DNA of 64,000 nt from Pseudomonadota bacterium (GTDB lineage: Bacteria > Pseudomonadota > Alphaproteobacteria > Sphingomonadales > Sphingomonadaceae), in contig JBCCPG010000007.1 of assembly GCA_039039885.1 (NCBI GenBank), positions 34,065 to 98,064 of the forward strand, read 5' to 3'. Positions within the stretch are counted from its first letter, which is position 1. Each line of letters opens with the position of its first letter. The notes beneath the pieces are model-generated. The model ran no database searches. It was given only the letters and a program-made list of their open reading frames with translations, and was not told the DNA's origin. Below are positions 52,411 to 61,469 of the stretch, in pieces. Made by a program: the position numbers and the translations under genes.

Positions 52411-52522
52411 AAAAACCCCCGGTGCGCGGTTGGGGACGTGCGCTACCGGGGGAGGTTGTGCCCGAGTGGAGTGCGGGCCTTTTTATCGTGGAGCCGCGAG
52501 AAGAGGGGAGGCGGCTCTACGA
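52411..52522 (-). ncRNA. Candidate structured 3'-UTR sRNA (three hairpins with C-rich loops, ending in a terminator)
   Basis: Minus-strand loops CCUCCCCUCUUCUCG, CACUCCACU and ACGUCCCCAACC; last stem is followed by UUUUU. Confidence 0.5.
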
Positions 52523-52551
52523 CTGGGATTTCATCTCAATTGCTGTTGCAA

Positions 52552-52890
52552 TCAGTTGCCGTTGCAACGCGCCAGCTTGTCTTCAGCCAGAGTTTCGCCG
52601 TTTGCAGTGAACGAGGTGATCTCGCCCATTTCACGCGACAGGCCGCGGCAAACGCGTGAGGGACGCGAAGTGCCTTTGTTGGCAACGCAGGTGGTGCCCT
52701 GACAAGCCCAAGCGACGCCACCAGCGACAGCGCGGTTCTCATCAGTCGGGGCGGCGAGAGTTGCGGTATAGTAGGGGCCGTTATTCGCAGTGAGCGGTGC
52801 CGAGGTTGCAGCGCCAAAGGTCAGACCGGTGTAAACCAGTGCGAGAGCGAAAACGGTAAACCGACCGGTGCGGGGGAGGGAGATGTTCAT
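52552..52890 (-). CDS. Small secreted four-Cys protein (CC_3452-like family)
   Basis: Signal peptide; YY.ATLA.P, W.C.G..C, RVC..L..E.G....F...G..L....LA.CN. Confidence 0.7.
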   Translation of the reverse strand: MNISLPRTGRFTVFALALVYTGLTFGAATSAPLTANNGPYYTATLAAPTDENRAVAGGVAWACQGTTCVANKGTSRPSRVCRGLSREMGEITSFTANGETLAEDKLARCNGN

Positions 52891-52985
52891 CGTCGGGGTC
52901 CTTTCAAAAATTCAATTCAAAATTTGGAACTAAGGGGTCGTGGCTTCGTAGTTTCTTGTGCAGTGCAACGTTTCAAAACAAAACC

Positions 52986-53029
52986 AGTTGCGAATCACTA
53001 CCTATGTGATTAGGTTTCAGGTTGCAACT
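52986..53029. promoter_or_regulatory. Imperfect inverted repeat, candidate HxlR-family operator
   Basis: AGTTGC-N8-ACCTA...TAGGT-N8-GCAACT in the AT-rich divergent intergenic region; TAGGTTGCA recurs near 53151-53160. Confidence 0.5.
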
Positions 53030-53174
53030 AAAAACTGAAATTTTTTTGATCGGTTCCCGAGCATTCGCAAAAAGGGTCGATTAAGGCGATTTCACTGCGG
53101 TTCCGTCCCGGAATTCCGCGCAATTTTGAGATTGGCGGCAAACCCGCTAAATAGGTTGCAGGAGAAGGACTGAT

Positions 53175-53726
53175 ATGGGCGACATAAGAGAACCGCTGCG
53201 CGAGCTGATTGAATGCGGCTTGCCACAAGCACTTGAAGTGATGGGTGAACGCTGGTCGTTCATGATCCTCAGAGCGAGCTTCAACGGACTCAAACATTTC
53301 GAAGAGTTTTTGAGCGAGCTTGGGATTGCGCGGAACATTCTCTCCAATCGCCTCGCCAAGCTGGTCGACCACGGCATCCTGAAGCGCGAACCGTGCGAAG
53401 ATGATCGCCGCAAGATCGAATATCGCCTCACTGCCAAGGGCTTTGACCTTCTGCCGGCCATGCTTGCTCTGCGCCAATGGGGGCAGAAATATGGGACGGA
53501 GCTCGCCGAGAACCCGGTTCTGGTCGACGAGAAAGACCGCTTGCCCATTGGACCGGTGTCGATCCTTGCGCATGATGGACGCGTTCTGACCCACGAAGAC
53601 TTGTGGATGGTGCGGCCGGAGGATCTGGGCAAACGCACCGATGGCACGATAGCTCAACCCAATTCCGCAACCGCGCGCGGTGACCTGGTTGATATCGAAG
53701 CTGCTCGCAAAGCTGCCGCGCGCTAA
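53175..53726 (+). CDS. HxlR/DUF24 winged-helix regulator
   Basis: C....ALEV.GERWS..ILR, F.EF...LGIA.NILS.RL..LV, EYRLT.KG.DL. Confidence 0.92.
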   Translation: MGDIREPLRELIECGLPQALEVMGERWSFMILRASFNGLKHFEEFLSELGIARNILSNRLAKLVDHGILKREPCEDDRRKIEYRLTAKGFDLLPAMLALRQWGQKYGTELAENPVLVDEKDRLPIGPVSILAHDGRVLTHEDLWMVRPEDLGKRTDGTIAQPNSATARGDLVDIEAARKAAAR

Positions 53727-53778
53727 TTTCTAATCCGCTCTGGCGTTGCTGCCGGTGGCGTAGCAACAGGCCAATCGC

Positions 53779-55614
53779 ATGGACGTCGCTTCGCACGACG
53801 CACAAACCCCTGTCCCGCTTGACACCGGCTCTCCTGACGCGGGTGGGCTCAGCGGACTGCTTCGCCGGACATGGGGCTTTGCGGGATTCCGTGGAACGCA
53901 GGAAGCGGTCATAAAGCGCATTATGCGCGGAGAGCACACGCTCGCCTTGATGCCGACGGGCGCGGGCAAGTCGCTGTGTTACCAGCTCCCAGCTCTCGCA
54001 CGGCCTGGAACCGCAATAGTTCTCTCACCGCTGATTGCGCTGATGCACGATCAAATCCGTTCTGCACGCGCCGTTGGCATTCGCGCCGCGTCGATGACAT
54101 CGGCCGATCAAGATAATGTCGAGACTGCCAATGCGCTGCGCCTTAGAGAGCTCGACTTGCTCTACGTCGCGCCGGAGCGAGCAACGACGCCCGGGTTTCA
54201 AGCCTTGTTGGCTGAGGCGCAGGTTTCGCTCTTCGCAATCGATGAAGCGCATTGTGTCTCTGAATGGGGTCACGATTTCCGACCCGACTACCGCGCGCTC
54301 GCCCCGATGCTGGACCGGTTTTCCGAGGTCCCACGCCTTGCGCTGACCGCGACTGCTGATGAGGTGACGCGGGCTGATGTGCTCAAGCAATTGGGCATCC
54401 CGGAGGAGGGCCTGATCCTTGCCGGATTTGACCGGCCCAACATCCGCTACACAATCCGCCCGAGAGGTGGCGGGCCCAAGCAGATCGCTGATTTCATATC
54501 TCGCGCGCCGGGTGCGGGGATTGTCTACGCCAACAGCCGCAAGGGGTGCGAGGACCTTGCCGTGAAGCTCGCTGATACTGGACGGCCGGTGGGCGTCTAT
54601 CACGCTGGTCTCCCGCCCGAGCAGCGCGCGCAGGTCCAAGCTGACTTCGTCCAGTCCGAAGAGATGGTGATGGTCGCGACGATCGCATTTGGAATGGGGA
54701 TCGATAAACCCGACGTGCGCTTCGTCATTCATGCCGGCCTGCCCAAATCGATCGAGGCATATTATCAGGAAACCGGCCGCGCGGGCAGAGATGGCGATCC
54801 GGCGGAGGCCCTGATGTTGTGGTCGGCGAGCGACTTTGCGCGCGCGAGGCAATGGCTCAATGAAGTAGATGAAGCTCGCCTCGTGGCTGAGCGCGCACGG
54901 CTAAATGCCCTGGCGGGATTGGTTGAGGCCACCAGCTGCCGGCGCAATATCCTGTTGCGTCACTTCGGAGAGAACCCGAGCGAGCCTTGCGGCAATTGCG
55001 ATATTTGTCTTGAGCCGCCAGAGGTGACCAATGCGACTACAATTGCGCAGAAACTGCTCTCCGCTGTGTATCGCACCGGGCAAAGCTTTGGCATCGGCCA
55101 TGTCGAAAAGGTGCTGCTGGGCCGCGATGATGAGAGGGTGCAGTCGCGCGGGCATGACCGGCTTTCCGTCTTCGGCATCCTGAGCAAGGAGGAAGCACCG
55201 CTTCTGCGCACCGTGATGCGCAGCCTTACGGCGCATGAGATGCTTGTGACGACCGAGCATGGCGGCTTGCGCCTCGGTCCCGGAGCCCGCGAAGTGCTCA
55301 AAGGAGAGCGCGAAGTGACAATCGTACAGCCGCCCAAAAAGAAGTCCCGCAGAGCCCGCGGAGGAGGGGTCCCCAATCCCATTGGCGATCCGCTATTCGA
55401 TGCGCTGCGAGCCAAGCGCGCAGCTCTGGCAAAAGCTAATTCGATCCCTGCCTACATTATCTTTCATGACAGCGTGCTGCGCGCGATGGCGAGCGATCGT
55501 CCCGGCACGCTCGCACAGATGGGAGAGATACAAGGCGTCGGCGAGAAAAAACTCGACACTTGGGGCGATGAGTTCCTCGAAGTGGTGCGCGAGTTTGAAG
55601 CGGGGTCGAGCTGA
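53779..55614 (+). CDS. recQ: DNA helicase RecQ
   Basis: MPTGAGKSLCYQ, DEAHCVSEWGHDFRP, QETGRAGRDG, Zn-binding CGNCDIC, HRDC domain. Confidence 0.97.
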   Translation: MDVASHDAQTPVPLDTGSPDAGGLSGLLRRTWGFAGFRGTQEAVIKRIMRGEHTLALMPTGAGKSLCYQLPALARPGTAIVLSPLIALMHDQIRSARAVGIRAASMTSADQDNVETANALRLRELDLLYVAPERATTPGFQALLAEAQVSLFAIDEAHCVSEWGHDFRPDYRALAPMLDRFSEVPRLALTATADEVTRADVLKQLGIPEEGLILAGFDRPNIRYTIRPRGGGPKQIADFISRAPGAGIVYANSRKGCEDLAVKLADTGRPVGVYHAGLPPEQRAQVQADFVQSEEMVMVATIAFGMGIDKPDVRFVIHAGLPKSIEAYYQETGRAGRDGDPAEALMLWSASDFARARQWLNEVDEARLVAERARLNALAGLVEATSCRRNILLRHFGENPSEPCGNCDICLEPPEVTNATTIAQKLLSAVYRTGQSFGIGHVEKVLLGRDDERVQSRGHDRLSVFGILSKEEAPLLRTVMRSLTAHEMLVTTEHGGLRLGPGAREVLKGEREVTIVQPPKKKSRRARGGGVPNPIGDPLFDALRAKRAALAKANSIPAYIIFHDSVLRAMASDRPGTLAQMGEIQGVGEKKLDTWGDEFLEVVREFEAGSS

Positions 55615-55625
55615 TATCTGCGCGC

Positions 55626-57122
55626 TCAATTGCGCCCGATGATCTGGCGGTAGGACAAGGCTTCGGCAATGTGTGGCCGCTGAACTCGCTCTGCCCCTGA
55701 AAGATCGGCGACAGTGCGCGCTACCCTCAGCACCCGCGTATATCCCCGCGCTGAGAGGTTGAGCTTCTCGGCTGCGCGCAGCAGCAAAGCGCGCGCTTCA
55801 TCGTCAGGAGCGCAATTTTGTTCCAACCGCTCTCCTTCCAGCTCCGCGTTTGAGCGAACACCGCGTGCAACAGCGCTCTTACGCGCGTGCGCCACCCGGC
55901 TTGCCACCTCGCTGCTGCCTTCTGTCGCTGGCGGTAGAGCCATGTCCACTGCGCTCACCGCACCAACCTCGACATGAAGATCGATGCGGTCGAGCAATGG
56001 CCCAGACAGCCTTGCCTGATAGTCCCCAACACAGCGCGGATACCGGTTGCATTGCCCGGCTGGATCGCCTGCATAGCCGCAGCGGCAAGGGTTCATCGCA
56101 GCGACCAGTTGGACCTGCGCGGGGAAAGTGACATGCGCGTTGGCACGGGCGACGTCGACTTTGCCGGTCTCAAGCGGCTGTCTCAGCGAATCGAGCACAG
56201 GGCGCTGAAATTCGGGCAGTTCGTCGAGGAACAGAACACCCAGATGCGCGAGGCTGACCTCCCCAGGCCTCACTTTTAAACCTCCGCCCGTAAGCGCGGC
56301 CATGCTCGCCGAATGGTGCGGCGCGCGGAAAGGTCGCGAGCGGCTAATGCGACCTTCATCCAGGGTCCCGGCAACCGATTGAACCATCGAAACTTCGAGC
56401 GCTTCGGGCGGAGTGAGCTCGGGCAGAATTCCGGGAAGGCAACTGGCGAGCAGGCTCTTACCCGATCCTGGCGGCCCCATCATAAGCAGATTGTGGCCCC
56501 CTGCCGCCGCGATCTCGAGCGCGCGCTTGGCCGTCTCTTGGCCCTTTACCTGTTTGAGATCATTGGCCGCAGGCGTCTCGGTCACACCTCCTCTGGCGGG
56601 CTCCTCAAGGGTTTGCGTGCCCTTTAGATGACCCAGCAATGACGCGAGGTCGCGAGGGGCAAGGACCGGGACTTTGCTGGCCCATTTGGCCTCAGGCCCT
56701 TGCGCGTGCGGGCAGATCAGGCCGCGCTCCGTTGTGTTGGCGTGGAGCGCTGCAATCAGCACACCGGGTGAAGCGACCACTCGGCCATCGAGCGAGAGCT
56801 CCCCCACGGCAACCCAATCGCCCAATTGTTCGGCATCGGTCACGCCCATCGCTGCCAGCAAAGCCAGCGCAATTGGCAAGTCGTAATGCGAGCCATCCTT
56901 GGGTAGGTCGGCGGGGGAGAGGTTGATGGTGATCCGCTTGGGTGGAAGCGCGAGCCCCATTGCAGAGAGCGCGGCCTGAACCCGCTCACGGCTTTCGCTG
57001 ACCGCCTTGTCAGGCAGACCGACGATTGAAAACTTGGGTAACCCAGAGGCGACTTGGCATTGAACTTCGACGCCGCGCGCCTCGAGACCGAGATAGGCAA
57101 CTGTCTGAACGAGTGCGACCAC
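55626..57122 (-). CDS. comM: YifB/ComM Mg-chelatase-like AAA+ ATPase
   Basis: IVGLPD.AV.ESRERV, GPPGSGKS, FRAPHHSAS, LFLDELPEF, MNPCRCG; GTG start 57122 after a GGGGAG RBS. Confidence 0.93.
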   Translation of the reverse strand: MVALVQTVAYLGLEARGVEVQCQVASGLPKFSIVGLPDKAVSESRERVQAALSAMGLALPPKRITINLSPADLPKDGSHYDLPIALALLAAMGVTDAEQLGDWVAVGELSLDGRVVASPGVLIAALHANTTERGLICPHAQGPEAKWASKVPVLAPRDLASLLGHLKGTQTLEEPARGGVTETPAANDLKQVKGQETAKRALEIAAAGGHNLLMMGPPGSGKSLLASCLPGILPELTPPEALEVSMVQSVAGTLDEGRISRSRPFRAPHHSASMAALTGGGLKVRPGEVSLAHLGVLFLDELPEFQRPVLDSLRQPLETGKVDVARANAHVTFPAQVQLVAAMNPCRCGYAGDPAGQCNRYPRCVGDYQARLSGPLLDRIDLHVEVGAVSAVDMALPPATEGSSEVASRVAHARKSAVARGVRSNAELEGERLEQNCAPDDEARALLLRAAEKLNLSARGYTRVLRVARTVADLSGAERVQRPHIAEALSYRQIIGRN

Positions 57123-57359
57123 GTAACTCCCCCAATTACGCTGCACCAAGACCTGTTTGTAAGCTTCTTAAGGTCTTTGTCGAGGGGGCACTGGGGATTA
57201 ACTTGGGCTCTTGTGCATGAGTAAGGATAGCTCTCCTAGAAAGGGACAAATACATCAATTTAACAGATACTTGCTGACCACCTAGGCATCGCTACGAAAG
57301 GAGTCCGCAAGCATAAAACTTCGCAATTCCTGAACCCTGGCAAAGATATTCCGGCAGGC

Positions 57360-58529
57360 ATGAAAAAGCTTGCCGCCTTGATCGCTGCCTTGGTCGCCAC
57401 CTTGCAGCTCGCCCTTGTCGTTGAGCCGGCTCTTGCCGCTCCGGCTGGTGGCTACGATGCCTATGACAGCAGGCCGGTCGCAGCGGGCGGCTTGCGGACT
57501 GTTCGCACTGAGAGCTGGGTTGAGGAATGGGATGTTGAGACGGGCCAATGGGTGCGTGTTGATGGCCCAGCAGGCGAAGTGGCGAGGTACGAAGGCCGAG
57601 ACCTTCCCGCCATTACCACGACCTACGTCAGCGGTGTTGTGACCGCGCAAACCCGCACTCCAGGCCATGAAGCAGCGCGCTATTCAAGGCCAGCCCCGCC
57701 ACGCGCCCGAGCGCCGATGCTGGGCCGTTACGGACCCTTCATAGTGACCAGCCCAACGCGCGCAGCGATCGTCGGGGCCACTGACAGTCTATCCCCGCAC
57801 CAATTCAACGCCATGCTGCGCGACTTTCCGCATCTGGCGGTTCTTGAGATGGTCGAGGCGCCAGGCACCAGCAACGATATCGCAAATCTCGCCGTTGGAC
57901 GGCAGATCCGCCAGGCGGGGATTGCAACTCATGTTCCGCGGGGCGGTTCTGTACGGTCAGGCGCGGTTGAGCTGTTCCTTGCAGGTAGCACAAAAACGAT
58001 TGCAGATGGCGCCCAGTTCGCGGTCCATTCATGGCTCGACAATCATGGGCGCGAAGCGAATGACTTCGCCGCTGACGACCCCACGCATCGGCTCTACATC
58101 GATTACTATGTCGAAATGGGGATGAGCGAGCGCCGCGCGCGCGACTTTTATGCGATGACCAATTCGGTCCCGCATGCATCTGCCCTTTGGTTGGTCGCAG
58201 ACGATATGCGGTATTGGATCCGGCCAGAGGAACGGCGACAGGATCGTCCGGCAGTGAATACTGACTTTGGCCCTGTCGTCACGCGAATTGCCAGAGCGAC
58301 GACGGGTTTGGAACGCGACATGTCCGATCGCTATAAACGTTCTGAGCCAGCACTTGTCCTGATTGCCTATTCCGATCTAACTCGCACGGCTCTGGAAGAG
58401 CTTGCTCCGGTCCGCGCCATGGCGCAGCTTGCTCAAGCTCGTCCCGAAGCGCTTCGTCTGGGCGCTCTTCGTCTTGACGCGCTTCATCTTGACGCGCTTC
58501 ATCTTGACTCAGGGGTCGCTTTTCCATAA
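57360..58529 (+). CDS. Secreted hypothetical protein with ClpP/crotonase-like central domain
   Basis: Signal peptide; EAPGT..D.ANL..GR.IR..GI.T.V, VRSGAVELFLAG, FAVHSW, FYAMTNSVP. Confidence 0.6.
   Translation: MKKLAALIAALVATLQLALVVEPALAAPAGGYDAYDSRPVAAGGLRTVRTESWVEEWDVETGQWVRVDGPAGEVARYEGRDLPAITTTYVSGVVTAQTRTPGHEAARYSRPAPPRARAPMLGRYGPFIVTSPTRAAIVGATDSLSPHQFNAMLRDFPHLAVLEMVEAPGTSNDIANLAVGRQIRQAGIATHVPRGGSVRSGAVELFLAGSTKTIADGAQFAVHSWLDNHGREANDFAADDPTHRLYIDYYVEMGMSERRARDFYAMTNSVPHASALWLVADDMRYWIRPEERRQDRPAVNTDFGPVVTRIARATTGLERDMSDRYKRSEPALVLIAYSDLTRTALEELAPVRAMAQLAQARPEALRLGALRLDALHLDALHLDSGVAFP
58449..58508 (+). repeat. 15-bp tandem repeat x4 (encodes ALRLG-ALRLD-ALHLD-ALHLD)
   Basis: GCGCTTCGTCTGGGC / GCTCTTCGTCTTGAC / GCGCTTCATCTTGAC / GCGCTTCATCTTGAC. 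Confidence 0.9.
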
Positions 58530-58532
58530 CAG
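58504..58532 (+). promoter_or_regulatory. Putative sigma70 promoter of the rpmH operon
   Basis: TTGACT-N17-TAACAG about 120 bp upstream of rpmH. Confidence 0.45.
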
Positions 58533-58652
58533 CGCGCGCTTGATCAGGCCGTTTGTGAATTCGGCTGAATTTGGTCGCCGCTCGAGACAGTTTTCCAAAC
58601 CGATCCAGAGCAGCGTCAACCTGTTAAATCGAATCTAGTTTTCGAGGATGAA

Positions 58653-58787
58653 ATGAAGCGGACTTTCCAGCCCAGCAATCTCGTGCGTGCCCGTCGGCAC
58701 GGTTTCTTCGCGCGTAAGGCTACCCCCGGCGGTCGCAACGTTATTCGGGCGCGTCGCCGTCGCGGCCGCAAGAAGCTCACGGCTTAA
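58653..58787 (+). CDS. rpmH: 50S ribosomal protein L34 (not in ORF track)
   Basis: Manual translation [44 protein letters not shown]. Confidence 0.98.
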   Translation: MKRTFQPSNLVRARRHGFFARKATPGGRNVIRARRRRGRKKLTA

Positions 58788-58882
58788 ATTTCGGCGCCCT
58801 CGGGTACCGCACGCGGCCCATCCGGTTCGCTTGCCTTTCGCCGCATAAATGGCGAAACGGAAATAGTATCTCAGCTACGCTT

Positions 58883-58913
58883 GCGGGCTCCCAAGAGGAG
58901 CCCGTTTGCTTTT
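58883..58913 (+). terminator. Terminator-like hairpin between rpmH and rnpA
   Basis: GCGGGCTCC-CAAGA-GGAGCCCGT-TTGCTTTT. Confidence 0.6.
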
Positions 58914-58949
58914 CTGGCCTTTGTGCGATCGATCCCGTAATCTCACCAC

Positions 58950-59351
58950 ATGTTCACCGTTCTTACCAAGCGCGCTGATTTCCTTGCGGCCAATCGGGGG
59001 CTGAGGAACGCGCGCGCCGGCTTTGTGCTGCTCACCCTGCCCAATGGCGCAAAAGGCATGCGTTACGGCATCACAGTCACCAAGAAGATCGGTAATGCGG
59101 TGGTGCGCAATCGGATGAAGCGGCGCTTCCGCGAATTGCTGCGAGCAGCGCTCCCGGTCCGCGGACTTGCAGATACAGACCACGTTTTGATCGGCCGCGC
59201 CGGCGGAGTAGAGCGCGACTTTGCGACCATGGCGAAGGAGCTTGATATGGCGCTCGAACTCGCCGCAGCGGGCAAGAGCGATCCAAGCAAAGGCAGGCGT
59301 CCACCAAGAGGCCCCAAGAATGGAAACCCGCGAGGGAGAAGCCCAAAATGA
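58950..59351 (+). CDS. rnpA: Ribonuclease P protein component
   Basis: [30 protein letters not shown]. Confidence 0.96.
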   Translation: MFTVLTKRADFLAANRGLRNARAGFVLLTLPNGAKGMRYGITVTKKIGNAVVRNRMKRRFRELLRAALPVRGLADTDHVLIGRAGGVERDFATMAKELDMALELAAAGKSDPSKGRRPPRGPKNGNPRGRSPK

Positions 59352-59557
59352 AGTATCTGCTCATCTTCATCGCCCGCCTTTGGCAATGGGGACCCTCGCG
59401 CGTTATGCCGCCAACCTGTCGCTATTCGCCATCCTGCAGTCAGTACGCGATTGAGGCAGTTACGAAATATGGCGCGCTCAAGGGTGGATGGCTTGCGATA
59501 AAGCGTCTAGGGCGCTGCCATCCATGGGGAGGGCATGGCCACGATCCGGTTCCATAG
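59348..59557 (+). CDS. yidD: Membrane protein insertion efficiency factor
   Basis: [25 protein letters not shown]. Confidence 0.96.
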   Translation: MKYLLIFIARLWQWGPSRVMPPTCRYSPSCSQYAIEAVTKYGALKGGWLAIKRLGRCHPWGGHGHDPVP

Positions 59558-59651
59558 GGCGATTCGCCCAAGGTCTGGAAGTGGCCAGTGCTGTACCTAT
59601 ATAATACACCTCCATCGCGTTTTCGCATTCAAGTTTCTTTAGGGCAAAATC

Positions 59652-61460
59652 TTGGAAAACCAGCGTAATCTTCTGCTCGCCGTCGTGCTTTGCATCTTGC
59701 TTCTGATCGGCTGGGAAGCCGCCATGCAGTATTTCTATCCGCAGCCCGACGAACCAGTTGTGGCGGCGGCCGAAACTGAGGGCGCTACGCCTGCTGAGGC
59801 AAGCGTTGCTTCTGGTGGCGCGCCAAGTGCATCGAGCGGCTCAAGCGATCTTGCGGAGCTGCCCGCAGAAGAAACCGGCCCAATTGACCTCGACACTGCG
59901 CTCGCCAGCGAGAGTCGGGTCGCCATCGATGCTCCGCGCGTGTCGGGTTCGATCAACCTAGTCGGCGCTCGGATCGATGACATCACGCTCAAGGATTACA
60001 ACGAAACGCTCGACGATGAGAGCGGCCAGGTGCGCATCTTTGCGCCCGATCGCACTGACCTCGTCCACTTTGCCGAGTTCGGATTTGTGGTCGGCGGAGA
60101 ACGCATGTCGAGCCGCGAAGTGTGGGAAGCCGATGGCGAGGCCCTTACACCGGACACGCCCGTTACGCTCTCGCGCACGGATGACAATGGCCTCACCTAC
60201 CGCGTGAAGCTGTCGATCGACGACAATTTCATGATCGCAGCCGAGCAATCGGTGGAGAACGCGTCACAGAACGCCGCGATTGTCCAGCCTTTCGCGCTGA
60301 TCAAGCGCACGAGCACCACTGCGTCGCCTGACCAGTTTATCGCGCATGCTGGCCCAACCGGGGTGTTTGACGGGTCGCTCTACGATCCCAATTCCTACGA
60401 AGAGCTGGCGGAGATAGGTCGTGATAATCCTGCAGGTGCCGCCTCTTGGCTGGGCTTCACGGACGACTATTGGGCATCAGCTCTGATTCCGGGTGAAGGT
60501 GAGACCGATTCGGTGGGGTGGCGCTCGCTTGGTGATGAGCTTTTTCGCGCCGATCTGATTTACGACACTCAAACCGTGCCCGCCGGTGGTTCGTTGACGC
60601 AGAACACCCAGCTTTTCGCCGGCGCCAAGGAAAGCGTGGTCCTCGACGATTATGAGGCGACCGGCATCACCTATTTCGGCAAGGCGATCAGCTGGGGTTG
60701 GTTTGAGTGGTTTGAAAAGCCGCTTCTTTGGCTGCTGCGCACGCTTAATGGTCTCGTCGGCAATTTCGGTGTCGCGATCATCCTGCTCACGGTCATCATC
60801 CGCGGCCTGCTGTTCCCCATCGCGCAGAAGCAATTCGCTTCGATGGCGCAGATGAAGGCGGTCCAGCCCAAGATGAAGGCGATTCAGGAACGCTATAAGG
60901 ACGACAAGCAGCAGCAACAGCAAAAGATCATGGAGCTGTATAAAGAGGAGAAGGTCAATCCGCTTGCCGGATGTCTGCCGCTCCTCATCCAGATCCCGAT
61001 ATTCTTTGCGCTCTACAAGGTTCTGATCCTCGCGGTTGAGATGCGGCATGAGCCGTTCCTTTATATCAGCGATCTCGCCGCGCCTGATCCTGCCAAGGTG
61101 CTCAACCTGTTTGGCCTGCTGCCGTTTGAGCCGACCGGCTTCCTCGGCATTGGTATCCTCGCGATCCTTTTGGGTGTGACAATGTGGCTGACTTTCAAGC
61201 TCAACCCATCCGCGATGGACCCGATGCAGCAGCAGATCTTCAACCTGATGCCGTGGATCCTGATGTTCGTGATGGCGCCCTTTATGGCGGGCTTGCTGCT
61301 TTACTGGGTTACCTCGAACATCCTGACGCTCGCGCAGCAAAGCTATCTCTATTCAAAGCACCCGCAATTGAAGGCGGCTGCTGAGAAAGAGAAAGCGGAC
61401 AAAGCGCGTGAAAAGGCTGCAGCGAAGGCGGACGAGGACGCTGAAAAGAGCGAGGCGTAA
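59652..61460 (+). CDS. yidC: Membrane protein insertase
   Basis: GNFG.AII.LT, NPLAGCLPLLIQIPIFFALY, GL.LYW..SN. Confidence 0.97.
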   Translation: MENQRNLLLAVVLCILLLIGWEAAMQYFYPQPDEPVVAAAETEGATPAEASVASGGAPSASSGSSDLAELPAEETGPIDLDTALASESRVAIDAPRVSGSINLVGARIDDITLKDYNETLDDESGQVRIFAPDRTDLVHFAEFGFVVGGERMSSREVWEADGEALTPDTPVTLSRTDDNGLTYRVKLSIDDNFMIAAEQSVENASQNAAIVQPFALIKRTSTTASPDQFIAHAGPTGVFDGSLYDPNSYEELAEIGRDNPAGAASWLGFTDDYWASALIPGEGETDSVGWRSLGDELFRADLIYDTQTVPAGGSLTQNTQLFAGAKESVVLDDYEATGITYFGKAISWGWFEWFEKPLLWLLRTLNGLVGNFGVAIILLTVIIRGLLFPIAQKQFASMAQMKAVQPKMKAIQERYKDDKQQQQQKIMELYKEEKVNPLAGCLPLLIQIPIFFALYKVLILAVEMRHEPFLYISDLAAPDPAKVLNLFGLLPFEPTGFLGIGILAILLGVTMWLTFKLNPSAMDPMQQQIFNLMPWILMFVMAPFMAGLLLYWVTSNILTLAQQSYLYSKHPQLKAAAEKEKADKAREKAAAKADEDAEKSEA

Positions 61461-61469
61461 AGTCCTGTC

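Noticed and set aside
58449-58508. Possible CRISPR array
   Set aside because: Contiguous 15-bp units with no spacers and no cas genes
58530-61460. Replication origin next to rpmH-rnpA-yidC
   Set aside because: No dnaA upstream of rpmH and no DnaA-box cluster seen; this linkage is usually broken in alphaproteobacteria
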